A stretch of 64,000 bases of DNA from Octopus sinensis (GCF_006345805.1 NC_043002.1:24552001-24616000); one strand, 5' to 3'; shown: positions 1 through 12,460, counted from the first letter of the stretch. Translations and numbers: made by a program. The notes: generated by a model not told the origin, from the letters alone.

Positions 1-60
1 CATTATCTTTTTTTTTTTTTGTGAAAAGTAATATTCATAAATAACTGCAAAAATTCAACA

Positions 61-147
61 TATTCTCTTACAGATGTTTTGATTTTGCCCAAAGAATTAA
101 ATTCCAGTAATTAAAAACATTTTATTGGGCAAAATCTCATCAGAGGA
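61..147 (-). ncRNA. Decayed type I hammerhead ribozyme motif (Penelope-like/retrozyme type), left copy of an inverted pair
   Basis: Minus strand reads CUGAUGA (revcomp of 137-143), then stem II GAUUUUGCCCA...UGGGCAAAAUC, then AAAA in place of GAAA, then CAUCUGU-A-AGAGAAUA. Confidence 0.65.
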
Positions 148-167
148 GTAGAAAAGGTTATTAGATG

Positions 168-264
168 TTATATTTCCAAATCTCTGATGAGAATTTGCTC
201 AATAAATTGTTTTTTAATTACTGGAATTCTTTGGGCAAAATCAAAACAGCTGTAAGAGAATATA
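168..264 (+). ncRNA. Decayed type I hammerhead ribozyme motif, right copy of the inverted pair
   Basis: CUGAUGA at 184-190; stem II GAAUUUGCUCA/UGGGCAAAAUC; AAAA for GAAA at 243-246; palindromic stem III ACAGCUGU with A17 at 254; stem I UCU/AGA plus UAUAUU/AAUAUA. Confidence 0.7.
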
Positions 265-339
265 TTGACTTTTTGCAGTTAATAAATTATTTTAATGCTT
301 TATCTCCATTTTCTGAATTTAATAATAGTAGTAGTAGTA

Positions 340-840
340 GTAGTAATAATAATTATAGGCTACAGCAAATATTCTGCTCAATACCACAGATTTGCTTGTC
401 AGTTGTTTGACCTGAACCAGTTGAGCATGTCCCTTAGTGGCTGACGATATGTGCATCTCTGATCAGAAGCAGAGGTAGTGGGGGAGCATCATAGTTGTGT
501 GCTGAGAGGAATTCTTAGGGGTTTGGATAATTCACCTTTGGAAACATGGGTGGTTCGTTCAACATCCTTAAACGACCCTTATTCAGGACCTTTTGAACGG
601 GATGGGCTACTCGACCAGAAGAAAATTCTAACTGGGCCCCACCTGCAAGGTCATGCACTGTTTATCTCGATATGAGATCACCATGTCACGCATGCATGGT
701 TGTGATGCATGTGCCTGGTGTACCCTTACTAGACGGGTAGTCATGATGGGTATATTTGGCTTCATATATTTTACCCCGGTGTCACTTTGATGGCATGCAC
801 TGCTCTCTCACTCAATAATAATAATAATAATAATAATAAT
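340..840 (+). mobile_element. Unclassified non-LTR retroelement 3' region ending in an (AAT)n tail
   Basis: GC-richer, CpG-containing block ending abruptly in (AAT)n at ~814-840; no coding motif seen; class inferred from the tail only. Confidence 0.4.
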
Positions 841-1400
841 TCTTTCTGCTATAGGCACAAGGCCTGAAATTTTGGAGAAGTGTGCTAATCGTGGGGACTT
901 CAGTGCTCAACTGCTACTTATTTTATTGATACCAAAAATATGAAAGGCATAAGTGACCTTGCTGGAATTTGAAATCAGAACATAAAAGTTTAAAGAACTG
1001 CTGCAATGCATATTGATTGGTGTGCTGCCAGTTTGTTGCCTGAATAATAATAATAATCACTTCTACTATAGGCACAAGGTCTGAAACTTTTGGTGAGAGC
1101 GCCAGTCGATTAGATCGACCCCAGTATGCAGCTGGTACTTAATTTATCAACTCTGAAAGGATGAAAGGCAAAGTCAACCACTGCGGAATTTGAGCTCAAA
1201 ATGTAGTGACAAGTGAAATACCGCTCAGCATTTCATCCAGCGTGCTAATGATTCTGCCAGCTTGCCACCTTCACAACAATAATAAGAATGTTTTCCGATA
1301 TAGGCACAATGCAAGAACTTGTGGAGGTGGGTTTACTTGATTACACTAACCCCAGCACTTGACTGGTACTTTATTTTGTCAATTCCCAAAGGATGAAAAT
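838..1400 (-). mobile_element. Cluster of three Meta-domain-like tRNA SINE copies
   Basis: Repeated revcomp of the SINE body (GGATGAAAGGCAAAGTCAAC...GGAATTTGAACTCAG; CTGCCAGCT), each beginning in an (AAT)n run. Confidence 0.7.
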
Positions 1401-3428
1401 AATTGTTTTCAACATTGGTGCATGCTCTGAAACATTGGGGAGCAGTTACCCAATTCATCTGACTCCAATATATGACTGGTACATTTCAAGACAGTAGGGT
1501 GTAATTTAAGTGAGATTTGTTGCTACTTCAATGAAGTCAGGCTACCAAATAGAAAGCCTGTTCACTGGTTTGATGTTATGTCATTGTTTGGTCCCAAGTC
1601 AGGCTGTTTGAACAAACCTATGATTATAGGAGTTCCAGCTATGACCACCTTATCTTTTATTTTTTCAGACACATGTACCAAGGACTACACTATTTCATGA
1701 GCCCTTTCTTTTTTAAAGCTTTATGCAGTGATTTGAGGGAAATTTGGTTTCTATTTCTATGAGGTTTAGCATTTGGTGGGATTTGAACCCAGAACATAAA
1801 GAGCCATTAGAAATACTGCTCTGATGATTCTATCTATCCATAGCTAAAAGATTCTTTGTAATATAGGTATAAAGCCAGAAATTTAGGAGAAGAGGTTAAT
1901 CAGTTGAATTGTCCCCAATACTTAATTGGTATTATATTTCATTGATCCCAGAGGGTTTTAAGATAAAGTTGACGTTGGTGGGATTTCAACTCAGAAATGT
2001 TGAGTGATGCAACTAAATACCTCATAGGATTTTGATGGATGCTCTGACGATTCTGTCTGTTAATATCAGAAACAACAAAACAAACTCCATAATAAAGAAA
2101 AACCAGATATCTCTCTCCAAAAATACAATGGACATAACTCAGAAACATGGGGTGCACCTGATGGGGCAATAGAAAATACATTGCATACAATGTGTCCCTG
2201 TTGAACCCCCCCCCATATCCTCCTAACACCACTTTCCTCTTTCTGTCCACTCACTACATTCCATCACCTCCATCTCCTCCTTTCAAAACTTCACTAACTT
2301 ACCTACCCATTCATCTTATCCAATCCTTGGGTTCCGCTTCACATATATACACCTCTTTGTAACCCTAACCCATCACATCTGCACCATCTCTCAACTTCTC
2401 TCCCTTCTCCCTCTCTCCCTCTCTCCTACTGAGGAAGCCATTTATCACTTATTTTTCTCCCTCTATTCATACCCTAGCCTCTCATCACCTGGCACAAAGT
2501 CATCTTCCTTGATACTATTCCCCACCTCAGTTGAAGGTGGTCATGTCTTGTAAGTTATTTGGTGACCTCACTGCTGCTGGTGTCACATAAAAGCACCCAG
2601 TACACTCTATAAAGTGTACTGGATGATGTAGTCCTATGCTTTTGAAAAGGATGGGTTAGTCATGATCGGAATGCCTTTGATCATAGGTCTTCTGGGTAAT
2701 TGCTGACTTGAGGCTAAATAACAAAACAATAACCTTCCCTGCATTACTGTCAGTATGGCTAAGTGATTTGCAACAGATGCCAATTACCTCCCTTGAACAA
2801 AGATGGCCTGCATGGATCGATGTTCTCTGGACCTGAATTGTTTAATTTCTATTTCTTTTTATCTTCCTTCATCTGATCCAATTTAATCTGATTTGATCCG
2901 ATATGATTTGATACGATGAAGAGAGTGGTAGGTGGTGGCCAGGTTCTGCAGCTGTTTCTATTTATTCACTTCTGCCAATGTCAGTGCTTGCCGTCGCTGC
3001 ATCTTGCCTGCATAAATCTATTGATATTGCTGTCGGTGTTGTTGCTGCTTGCATTCTCTGCCGACTGTCTGCTATGTCACTATTGCAGTATCATTGATGA
3101 GAGGGATGCTGTGATGTTAGAACTTCTTAACTGAACAGGATGTCACTCAAGGAAATTGGTGTGCATGTGTAGTTGTTGACTGAGCAGTGATTGCACTTAA
3201 TGAACCTATCTTAAAGCCATGCAGTCTCCCTCTCTCTTGCTTTCTTTCTCCCTCTCTTCTCTATCTATCTATCTCCATCTCCCTTCTACTTCTCTTCCTC
3301 GCTGTCTTCCTTTCACATTAAGCTTTACATCCAATTATCTGGTCTATTTGTCTGACCTATGTATCCAGCCTATCTGATCTTTAACTAATGTATAGAATAT
3401 CTCTCTAGTCTACCTTGACAATCTAGCT

Positions 3429-3666
3429 CAGTGTTTCTCAACCCCCCCTTTTTTTTTTTTTTCCTATGAACCCCTTTGATTCCTATTTTACTCTACTGGA
3501 CCCCCATGACCATTTGATGTTTAAAAAATCTCATTTTTATAATGAAATATTATTAATTGCATTAAAAAAAAGTGTTGAAATATTTTGTATTTTAGAAGTA
3601 TAACCAATTTATTACACATAATTTTTAACAACAAAATCTTACATGGACCCCGGTTGAGAAACACTG
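3429..3666. mobile_element. hAT (Charlie-like) MITE
   Basis: Perfect 15-bp TIRs CAGTGTTTCTCAACC / GGTTGAGAAACACTG; 8-bp TSD ATCTAGCT / TTGTAGCT (6/8). Confidence 0.85.
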
Positions 3667-3805
3667 TTGTAGCTGTCTATATATCTTAACTAATTATTGA
3701 TATATCTTACCTGATAACCCATCTAGATTTTATCCTTTATTGTTCCATTTTGCATACTTTATCTCTTTCTTTCTAACAACCACACTTCCCTCCTTCCTCT
3801 ATCTG

Positions 3806-3859
<54 letters not shown>

Positions 3860-4225
3860 TCTATCTGTCTCTCTCACAAGCACATACACTTGATCCATAC
3901 TGAAACTTTTCAGCAGTTTATATTCCAGTGGATCTCAAAACATCACTATAGTTCTTTTTTCTGCTGGACACTTTCAAAATCTTTAACTCTGTTACTGGAT
4001 TCATCTCAAAACCACATGACACTTCTCTCCTCCAATGGATAACTGCCTTCATTGGATTCATTAAAAATTTTACTATAAATCTGTTTATCACTGGTTCAAT
4101 TTAAATCTCTTAAGTAACATCCTGTTGCAGGATTTATCCCTCTTAGTTTGCAATCTGTTTGCATATCTGCTTCTTTGTCTATCTCTCTATCTACCTATCT
4201 AGTTAACTACCTTACAAGATAATTT

Positions 4226-4227
4226 CC

Positions 4228-4272
<45 letters not shown>

Positions 4273-4341
4273 CATCCATCCATCCATCCATCCATCTGTA
4301 CATACCTACCTATCAGTCTGCTTACCTTTCTGTCTGTCTGC

Positions 4342-4390
<49 letters not shown>

Positions 4391-4460
4391 AGTGTACCTA
4401 CCTACATATCTAACCTCCTACCTGCCTGCTTGCCTGCCTATGTATGTATGTATGTATGCA
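4226..4460. repeat. Compound tetranucleotide microsatellite (TCTA/TCCA/TCTG/CCTG/TATG)
   Basis: Directly visible tandem tetramers. Confidence 0.95.
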
Positions 4461-4837
4461 TGCATAAACTAGCCACCTAGTTAGCTAGTTACCTATCTAT
4501 TCTTCATCCATCCATTTCCATGTGTGTGACTTTGTCTTTCTGATCATCTGCATATATGTTACATCTTGCGTAATTTTACTCTAGTTTTACATATCCAGTA
4601 CACTGGGTGTGTTCTGTACATCAGGCCATGTGATACGTAAACTGTTAATAACACTACAACAATTCCATCAATGACAAACTATCTAAATTACATATGCTTT
4701 CTGCTCTTTATCCTTTTAGTTTTGTATTTTGTGTTTCTACATTGGATTACAGAAACCTCCCAGTACTTCGATTATTTTTCACAATTGTTTTGAATTGGTT
4801 ATTTGAAAAAGGTTTCTTTCATCACTTATTATTAAAT

Positions 4838-5010
4838 CCTCCTCCTCCCCGCCCCTCCTCCTCCCCGCCCCTCCTCCTCTCTTCTTCTTCTTCTTCTTCT
4901 TCTTCTTCCCTCCTCTTCCTCCCCCTCCCCTCCCCTCCTCTTCCTCCCCACTCTTCTTCTTTTTCTTCTTTTTCTTCTTCTTCTTCCTCTGCTTCCTTCT
5001 CCTCCTCTGC
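4838..5010. repeat. Polypyrimidine (CCT/TCT) tract
   Basis: Almost pure C/T run; source of spurious poly-S/E/R ORFs. Confidence 0.95.
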
Positions 5011-5196
5011 CTTGAACCAAATGATAATGAAATTATTGTGTATTGTGCTCAGGTGCACTACAACTCATCAAAGGTGCATGTACAGTACATAGAATTATGT
5101 GCAAAAGTCAGGAAAGTGAACAGTGTATGAGTCATGATATACATGTGTACATGCATATGGAGGGGAAGTGTAGTGTTGGCGAATTTCAGGAAGCAT

Positions 5197-5353
5197 GGAG
5201 TGGTTGGCATTAGGAAGGGCATCCAGCTGTAGAAAACTGTGCCAAATCAGACTGGAGCCTGGCACAGCCTTCCAGCATGCCAACCTAGTCAAACTGTCCA
5301 ACCCATGCCAGCATGGACAATGGACATTAAATGATGATGATGATGATGATGAT
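5197..5353 (+). mobile_element. RTE-clade LINE 3' terminal fragment
   Basis: GGAGTGGTTGGCATTAGGAAGGGCATCCAGCTGTAGAAA...CCATGCCAGCATGG...(GAT)n; same tail follows RTE coding sequence at 11783-12320 and 18731-19494. Confidence 0.85.
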
Positions 5354-5964
5354 GGAGGTTGTGAATTAGCTAGATTCATTAGAGCATTGGACCAAATTCT
5401 TTGCAATGTTTAGTTACAGCTTTTTATGTTCTGAGTTCAAATTCTGATGAGATCAACTTCACTCTTCATTTTTCAGGGTCAATAAAATGTAGTTCCAGTA
5501 AGTAATGGGGTTGGTATAATGAACTGTTGCCTTTCCCCAAATATCTAGCCTATGTGAAAAACAGTTGTTAGTTGAATTCCTTGAATGATGGATTTGTAGA
5601 GTACCACACAATAACAGAAATTAAGTTTGAGAACTTTGTGTTGACTTTGTTTTTCATCTCTCCAGGATCAATAAAATAAACTGAGTTCAAATCTCAGCTC
5701 ATTTAACATGGACTTAATTTCTCTTGGGGAAAGGTGTCAGTAAAATAAATATCAGTAATATACTTGGATGAATTCAAATAACTATCAATTTGCACTGCAA
5801 AATTAGCAATTTTTTTTCAGACAAAATAAGTTATGATTATTGAGTTACAATATTAAAGGAACGTCATGTGTATTTAGGTTATAGAAGCTGCAGTTCCATA
5901 ACAGAGATATCATCATAACAACACAAATGTCTTAACAATTGTTATTTATATTTCAATACAGCAA

Positions 5965-6180
5965 AGGCAACAAGCTGGCAGAAATGTTAGCATGCTGGGA
6001 GAAATGCTTAGCAGTATTTTGTCTCTCTTTACATTCTGAGTTCAAATTCCACCAAGGTCGACTATGCCTTTCATCCCTTCGGGGTTGATAAATTAAGTAC
6101 CAGTTGCGTAATGGGGTCAATCTAATTGACTGACCCTCTCCCTAAAATTTCGGGCTTTGTGCCTAAAGTAGAAAAGAATA
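5965..6180 (+). mobile_element. Meta-domain-like tRNA SINE
   Basis: Head AGCTGGCAGAAATGTTAGC, B-box-like GAGTTCAAATTCC, body GCCTTTCATCCCTTCGGGGTTGATAAATTAAGTACCAG. Confidence 0.8.
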
Positions 6181-6209
6181 CAGCAATATCACAATAACAG
6201 CAGTATTCT

Positions 6210-6530
6210 TTTATTTTTTTTTTACTTGCTTTAGTCATTGGGAAGTGGCCATACTGGGGCACTGTCTTGAAAGGTTATAGTCAATAGTATTAACCGTAGT
6301 ATTTATTTTTAAGTCTGGCAGTTTTTCATTGATCTCTATGTGCTGAACTGCAACGTTACAGGACATAATCAAAGACTCATAAAAACACATACACATAACT
6401 GATGAGCTTCAGTACAATTTCTATCTATCAGTTTAACTGACAAGACATTGGTCAACCTTGTGATGCAATTGAACCCGAAACCATGCAGTTCTGAAGTAAA
6501 CTTCTTAACCACGTGACTATGCCTGCAGCT
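6210..6530 (-). mobile_element. Deu/Nin-domain-like tRNA SINE, decayed
   Basis: Revcomp similarity to the full copies at 51954-52335 and 53981-54388. Confidence 0.7.
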
Positions 6531-6859
6531 GTATTGGAACAACTGTGTGTGTGTGTGTATTACAACAACTGTAACAATAGTAATATTACAAACAATTACA
6601 TCAATACTATAACAATAATATTACAATAGCCATAATTTTATATCAGTAATAATAGCAATGTTACAACATCAGTAATATCTTAGCTACAGCTATATCACAA
6701 CATCAATAATATCTCAAACTCAGTCATATCACAACTGTAATATTACAGTACTATCACTTGGAAAAATAAAAGTAACATCATTATCAATAAAACAACATTA
6801 TTATCCTAACATTATCTCAATAGCATAATTATTATATCTGTAACATAATAGTTACAGCT

Positions 6860-7760
6860 GTAACTACAACAACATTGATACCACTTGCTACTCCACTACT
6901 ACTACCACTACCATTACCACCGTTGCTTCTACAACTACCACTATCACAGGTAAATCCCACCACTACCACAACCTTTACTACTATCACTACCACCACCACA
7001 ACCACCCAAGATGTAATGTGCAGCGGAGTGGTGTTAGTTTCTGTCATGTAGTACTGATAGTACTGAGACTGCTTTATCAACCAGCTTTCCCACCACTACT
7101 ACAACCACAACCATCACCACCACCACCACAACTAACCAGCTTTCCCACCACTACTACAACCACAACCACCACGACTAATACCATCACCATCACAACTACC
7201 ACTGCCATCGCCACAACTGGTATCACAACAACTACCACTACTCTCATCCCCAACACCACTGCTACCACCACCTCCACCACTGACGCCACTACCACTCATG
7301 CTGCTTCCTTCCTGCTCCTCATCCTCCTGATGCATTTCAGTGCAACTGAGAGATGTTTTCTTCAGGTGCAGCAGCTACCTCAGACATATTTGCAGCACCA
7401 GTTACACCGGGCTGCCTCATTGTCATAGTTATAGTGGTAGTAGTGCATATTATAAGGTGATGGGGCTTGTAGTGGTGTATGGCATGTGGTGGTGGTGGTC
7501 GAGTATGGTGGGTGGTGCTGGTAATCATAGTAGTTTTTAGTGTTGTTGGTTATGTTGGTTGTGGTTACAATAGTATGGTGGTGGTGGTGGCTGTGATGGT
7601 TGTGGTTGTAGTGATATATGTCTTGATGATTGTAATAGTTGTGTTGGTGGTTCTAGTGGTGCATGTGTTGATGGTGGTGGTAGTTATAGTAGTTAGTGGT
7701 ATATAGTATTGTTAATTATTGTAGTTAGTGGTATATGGTATTTGGGGTTGTGTCAGTAGT
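6860..7760. repeat. Degenerate trinucleotide repeat field (ACC/ACT, then GTG/GTA)
   Basis: Visible triplet runs; includes a ~57-nt-period duplication ACCAGCTTTCCCACCACTACTACAACCACAACC at ~7080 and ~7136. Confidence 0.9.
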
Positions 7761-8127
7761 GGTTATAGTAGTAAAATTCTTCAAGGTAGCAAGTAAATAG
7801 TAAGAAGCAAGGAAAAATATATTTACCTTAACTTGTAGCAGGTCTTCCACTAAAGACTGCTTTGTTTTAAGAAGTATATTTCTTATTAGTCAGGTGTTGT
7901 AAAACACAGAATTGCTTTATGATCAGTGGCCATGGAGATTGGATATAAATTATCTAAAAATAAGAAAAAAGAAAATTGAAATAAACTTCCTCTCCCTGAA
8001 CACTTTTATACCTAACTGAATGAAACTGATTTACAAGAAAAAAGCACAGGAGTTTGGCGAGTGGAAATTGTTGTTCATAATGACCTAAGTCCTTGTCTGG
8101 TATTTTATTTATATATACATATTGATT

Positions 8128-8290
8128 TGGCTGTATGGTTAAAAAGCTTACTTCCCAACCACATGGTTTCAGGTTCAGTCTTGCTGCACAGCAATTTGGG
8201 CAAGTGTCTTGTACTATAATCCTGAACCAACTAAAGCCTTGCAAGTGAATTCTGTAGGTGAAAACTGAAAGAATCCAATTGTGTGTGTGT
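8128..8290 (+). mobile_element. Deu/Nin-domain-like tRNA SINE (head and body)
   Basis: GGCTGTATGGTTAAAAAGCTTACTTCCCAACCACATGGTTTCAGGTTCAGTC...GGGCAAGTGTCTT...AAAGCCTTG...GAAAACTGAAAGAA. Confidence 0.8.
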
Positions 8291-8673
8291 ATTTTAAAAA
8301 CTTTTATCGCTGCTTTTATTGTTTCCCATAACTCTCTGTCACCATCCAATTCTATTTTTATGAATTTGAATTGGGAGCTTGAGTCATAGTGAATTGTTCA
8401 TTAGCTGATTCACAATCATAGATGCTACTCCTATGGATTGTTGCAGTTACTCTCTTGATAGAGTTTGGTGATCCTGACTGTTGACCTTCTAGGATTCCTC
8501 AACTCAAAATCAATGTAGGAAGCACTGTTGGCTCAGTTGAGCTCTTCCACTACCAAAGTCTTCCACACTGCAGTCCCATAACTTTCCCATATCCCTGGCA
8601 GGGTGGTCGAATGGGTGCTATGCCTTGCCAAAAGGCAGCCCATAGCTATGTAGGGCACAGTCATCATATATAC

Positions 8674-8857
8674 GGGTGGCACGTAAAAAGCACCCACTAC
8701 ACTCATGGAGTGGTTGGCGTTAGGAAGGGCATCCAGCCGTAGAAACACTGCCAGATCTGACTGGGCCTGACGAAGCCTTCCAGCTTCACAGACCCCAGTT
8801 GAATCGTCCAACCCATGCTAGCATGGAAAGCGGACGCTAAATGATGATGATGATGAT
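8674..8857 (+). mobile_element. RTE-clade LINE 3' terminal fragment
   Basis: GGTGGCACGTAAAAAGCACC...CCATGCTAGCATGGAAAGCGGACGCTAAA(TGA)n. Confidence 0.9.
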
Positions 8858-8861
8858 ATAT

Positions 8862-9058
8862 ATGTGACTATGTGTGTATCGTTGGCGATTTTCTTTCTCT
8901 GTTTTCCCTTCCTTGAACTTTTTCTATATTTTTGATGAAGAGCTCCGCTCGAAACATGAAATCCTCATTCTTTTCTTTCCATTCTTGAGCATCCAATAAC
9001 ACAGTACTTGTTCCACGTCCTCACGTTGTTTTTTCTTGCTGGTTCTTGTTTGGATTGA
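8862..9058 (+). mobile_element. ~200-nt hammerhead-bearing Penelope-like mini-element (copy 1, decayed core)
   Basis: Colinear end to end with revcomp of 43151-43352; contains TTGATGA-A-GAGC-TCC-GCTC-GAAAC at 8932-8955; flanked by microsatellites. Confidence 0.75.
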
Positions 9059-9119
9059 CTATGTGTGTGTGTGTGTGTGTGTGAGTGTTTGTATGTGTGC
9101 ATGTGTTGTATCTTGTGTG

Positions 9120-9365
9120 TGTATGTGTCTGTCACCCCTTGTCTTGACATCACATGAGGAGTGTCACCCTGATACAAGTGGTGTTGTTCATTTACAATTT
9201 TCCATGAGGAGTATGTCTGGTTAAGGGGAAATCTTCCTAGTTTGGAAACAGGTAAGAGTTGATGACAGGCAGAGCACCCAACTGTAGAAAATCTCCCTTA
9301 ACAAATCCCGTCTGATTTATTCAATCATGGGAACATGGACGTTAAAAAAATGATAATAATGATGC
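9120..9365 (+). mobile_element. SINE 3' half with RTE-like tail (tail B)
   Basis: CCTTGTCTTGACATCAC...GGGGAAATCTTCCTAGTTTGGAAACAGG...CTGTAGAAAATCT...GGACGTTAAAAAAATGAT; matches 33380-33570, 42430-42650 and 49470-49710. Confidence 0.65.
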
Positions 9366-10249
9366 TACTGCTGTTACCACCAACAATTTCTTTTGAACTC
9401 AGAACTTTAATGAAAGAAAATTTTGTTATTCAGCAGTCTTCACCATCTTTTAATAACAATTTATAACTTTAGCACAAGGCTACAGATTTAATAGAGGAAG
9501 GTATAATCAATAAAATTGAGTCCAATACATGACTAATATGCATCTTATTGATTCAAAAAGCAAATTCCGCTCTAGCAGATTTGAACTCAAAATATAAAGG
9601 GTATTTTAACCATTGCTCTCACATCCATTCTGTTATGCCACTATTTTTCGATAATAATGGCTTCTAACTTTGACACAAGCTTCCAGATTTGGTGAGGAAG
9701 GGGTTCAGTTGATTAAATCGAGTACCATACTTGACTGATACTTATTTTACAAGATGAAAGGCAAAGTCAAACTCCAGTGAGACATAATAAAATTGCTGCA
9801 AGACATTCAATCCAGCTGCTCTATCAAACCTGCCATTCATCTCCTTCATACCTCACCCTGCTATGTATGATATTTCTTTTGTCAAAAGCCATCCTCTCAC
9901 AACAAAGGTGAAAAGCAATTCTGACCTCTCATCTCACATTCCGGCTGGATTGCTATTTCATTGCTATTATTGTCTTGTCATCATAGAAGTTTGGTGTCTG
10001 GTGTCGTCCATATGTCTGTATATCCTGTCTGCTATGTATGCATTTACATGTGTATCGGTTCTGTGTGTCTTTGTGATCTTCACATTATATGTATGTATAT
10101 CTGTACATCTTGTGTTCCTATATATGTGTGTTGTTTCTATTTTTGTAATGTGTATGAGAGTCACTATTTTTATGGGATTCGAGGTATTTCTATGGTGTGT
10201 TGTGATGTCTGAATTTGATTATGTTTTATCATGTAATATGCAAAATATG

Positions 10250-10442
10250 TGTGTATGTATATGTATATATAGTGTGCATGTGCGTGTGTGTATGCATATA
10301 TATATATATCTATATATATATATATGTGTATTTATGTATTGTATGCATACACATGAAACTAAGTAATGACAATAAATATTTTATATATATATGGCATATG
10401 TGTGTGTATATGTATGTATGTATCTCTCTATCTTCCTATCTA

Positions 10443-10485
<43 letters not shown>

Positions 10486-10513
10486 TATATATACATACAT
10501 ACAACACACACAC

Positions 10514-10549
<36 letters not shown>

Positions 10550-10576
10550 CATACATACACACACATATATATATAT

Positions 10577-10611
<35 letters not shown>

Positions 10612-10717
10612 TATATACATATTTTGCATATTGCAGATGAGACATAATCAAATTTCGACATCACAGCATATACATGTACACATGCACACACTTGCTGACA
10701 CATACACGCATACATAC

Positions 10718-10758
<41 letters not shown>

Positions 10759-10760
10759 AT
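10250..10760. repeat. (TA)n/(CA)n/(TACA)n compound microsatellite
   Basis: Directly visible. Confidence 0.95.
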
Positions 10761-11063
10761 CATAATGTTTTTTTTAAATTCTTTATTTCATTTTAGCCAT
10801 CATTGCTATGACTACACTGGACCACCGCCTTCATAGTTGACTGTTCTGTGTCTTTTATGTTATTGTCTCTGCATATGTGGAAGCAGGGTGGGGGTACAGT
10901 GCTTCTGTTAGATTTAGAATATATGTGACATCTCTAGTTGCTGAATCAATAAATTGGGGAATGTCGATTGGCTTTGATTGTAGCATTTCGCAGATGGCTG
11001 AACTGGAATGCAAGAGAGAAATATATCCAGATATGCTTAATATAGCTCAAGGAGACAGCTTAA

Positions 11064-11489
11064 CCCGTTAACATTTAAACTGGTAATATCCAGTCAAAAT
11101 ATTGGTTTCAAATTTTGTCACAGGCCAATGATTTTAGTGGGCGGGGGGCAAGTCGATTACATTGAACTCAGTTCTTGACTGGTATTTATTTTATCGGCCC
11201 TGAAAGGACGAAAGGCAAAGTCAACCCCAGTAGGATTTGAACTCGGGACATAAAGACAGACGAAATGATGCTGAGCATTTTGCCTGGTATACTAACAATT
11301 CTGCCAGCTCACCACCAAAATATTCTTTTCAGTTTTATGTTCAGGCTAGCTAGATTTGGTCTCTCACACTCATTCTACATATAAACAATCACATCATTGA
11401 AATCGCAAAGATGTGAGAAAATGAAGATTAAATCAAAAGAATGTGAATAAATAAGCATTATATTTGACTGTAATCTGAATGCTAAAGAG
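11064..11489. mobile_element. piggyBac-type MITE interrupted by a SINE
   Basis: TTAA at 11060-63 and 11490-93; ends CCCGTTAACATTTAAAC / CTGAATGCTAAAGAG; same family as 63252-63472 in the opposite orientation. Confidence 0.75.
11104..11315 (-). mobile_element. Meta-domain-like SINE nested in the piggyBac MITE
   Basis: Full SINE revcomp; TSD CAAAATATT at 11095-11103 and 11316-11324. Confidence 0.85.
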
Positions 11490-11782
11490 TTAATCACATT
11501 TTCTAATGCTTTTTAGGAGATATTCAAACAACTGAAGACCTTTAAATGTTTAACTTTTTCAGTATAAATTCCTTATGGGAGTGTTTGGGAAAAAGAGTCT
11601 TGGGATCTGACACTAGCTCCCATTCTTCTTTTTATTCTACCCATTTTTTTTTTGTCCTGTATTCCAAAGTTAAAAATAAGATTATCAAAAATCTTTCACA
11701 CATATATTATGATACTTGACAGAAAAGTATTGAGCAATCTTTCAATTTAATGTTTACCTGTTTCTATATTTAAGTATGTATA

Positions 11783-12320
11783 ATCATCATCATCATCATC
11801 ATTTAACAACTGCTTTCCATGCTGGCATGGGTTTGTCATTTTGACTAGAACTGGTAAGCCGGAGAACTGTACCTGGTGCCAGTCTGATTTTGGCTTGTTT
11901 TCTACAGCTGGGTGCCCTTCCTAATGCCAACCACTCCAAGAGTGTAGTGGGTGCCTTTCACATATCACTGACACTGTCCACAACTACAATTTCACCTGAT
12001 GAGTCTTCTTAAGCACAGCAAATCTCCAAAGGTCTCAATCACTTGTCATTGCATCCGTAAGATCCAACTTCCAAAGATCGTGCTTCAACACCTTGTCCTA
12101 TGTCTTTCTGGGTCTACCTCTTCCACAAGTTCCCTCCACAGTTAGAGGTCGGGAATTCTTTACGCAGCTGTCCTTGTCTACATGCATCACATGACCATTC
12201 TAGTGCATTCATCTCTCTTGCACACCACATCTGATGCTTCTTAAGCCCAATTTTTCTCTCAAGATGCTTACACTCTGCCTTACATGCACACTGTCATTGC
12301 ACATCCAGTGAAGCATATTA
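11783..12320 (-). pseudogene. RTE-clade LINE ORF C-terminus plus 3' UTR (5'-truncated, with stops)
   Basis: Minus-strand translation MLHWMCNDSVHVRQSVSILREKLGLRSIRCGVQERRMH*NGHVMHVDKDSCVKNSRPLTVEGTCGRGRPRKT*DKVLKHDL; the WxGHVxR and GRGRPRKTW motifs typify RTE C-termini; (GAT)n tail. Confidence 0.9.
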
Positions 12321-12406
12321 GCTTAATTTCTTTCAATATTGGCTTCATATGCACATGTGCATGTAGTATGTATGTGTGTGTGTATATATATATATATATA
12401 TAATAG

Positions 12407-12444
<38 letters not shown>

Positions 12445-12460
12445 TATATGTATATTTTTT

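Noticed and set aside
2425-2460. CTGAGGAAGCC, resembling a Penelope hammerhead start
   Set aside because: No matching GGC-GAAA half follows.
8560-8630. Possible HDV-like ribozyme (…CCCAT…GGTCGAATGGG)
   Set aside because: The J4/2-P2-like end is suggestive, but I could not form P1, P3 or P1.1.
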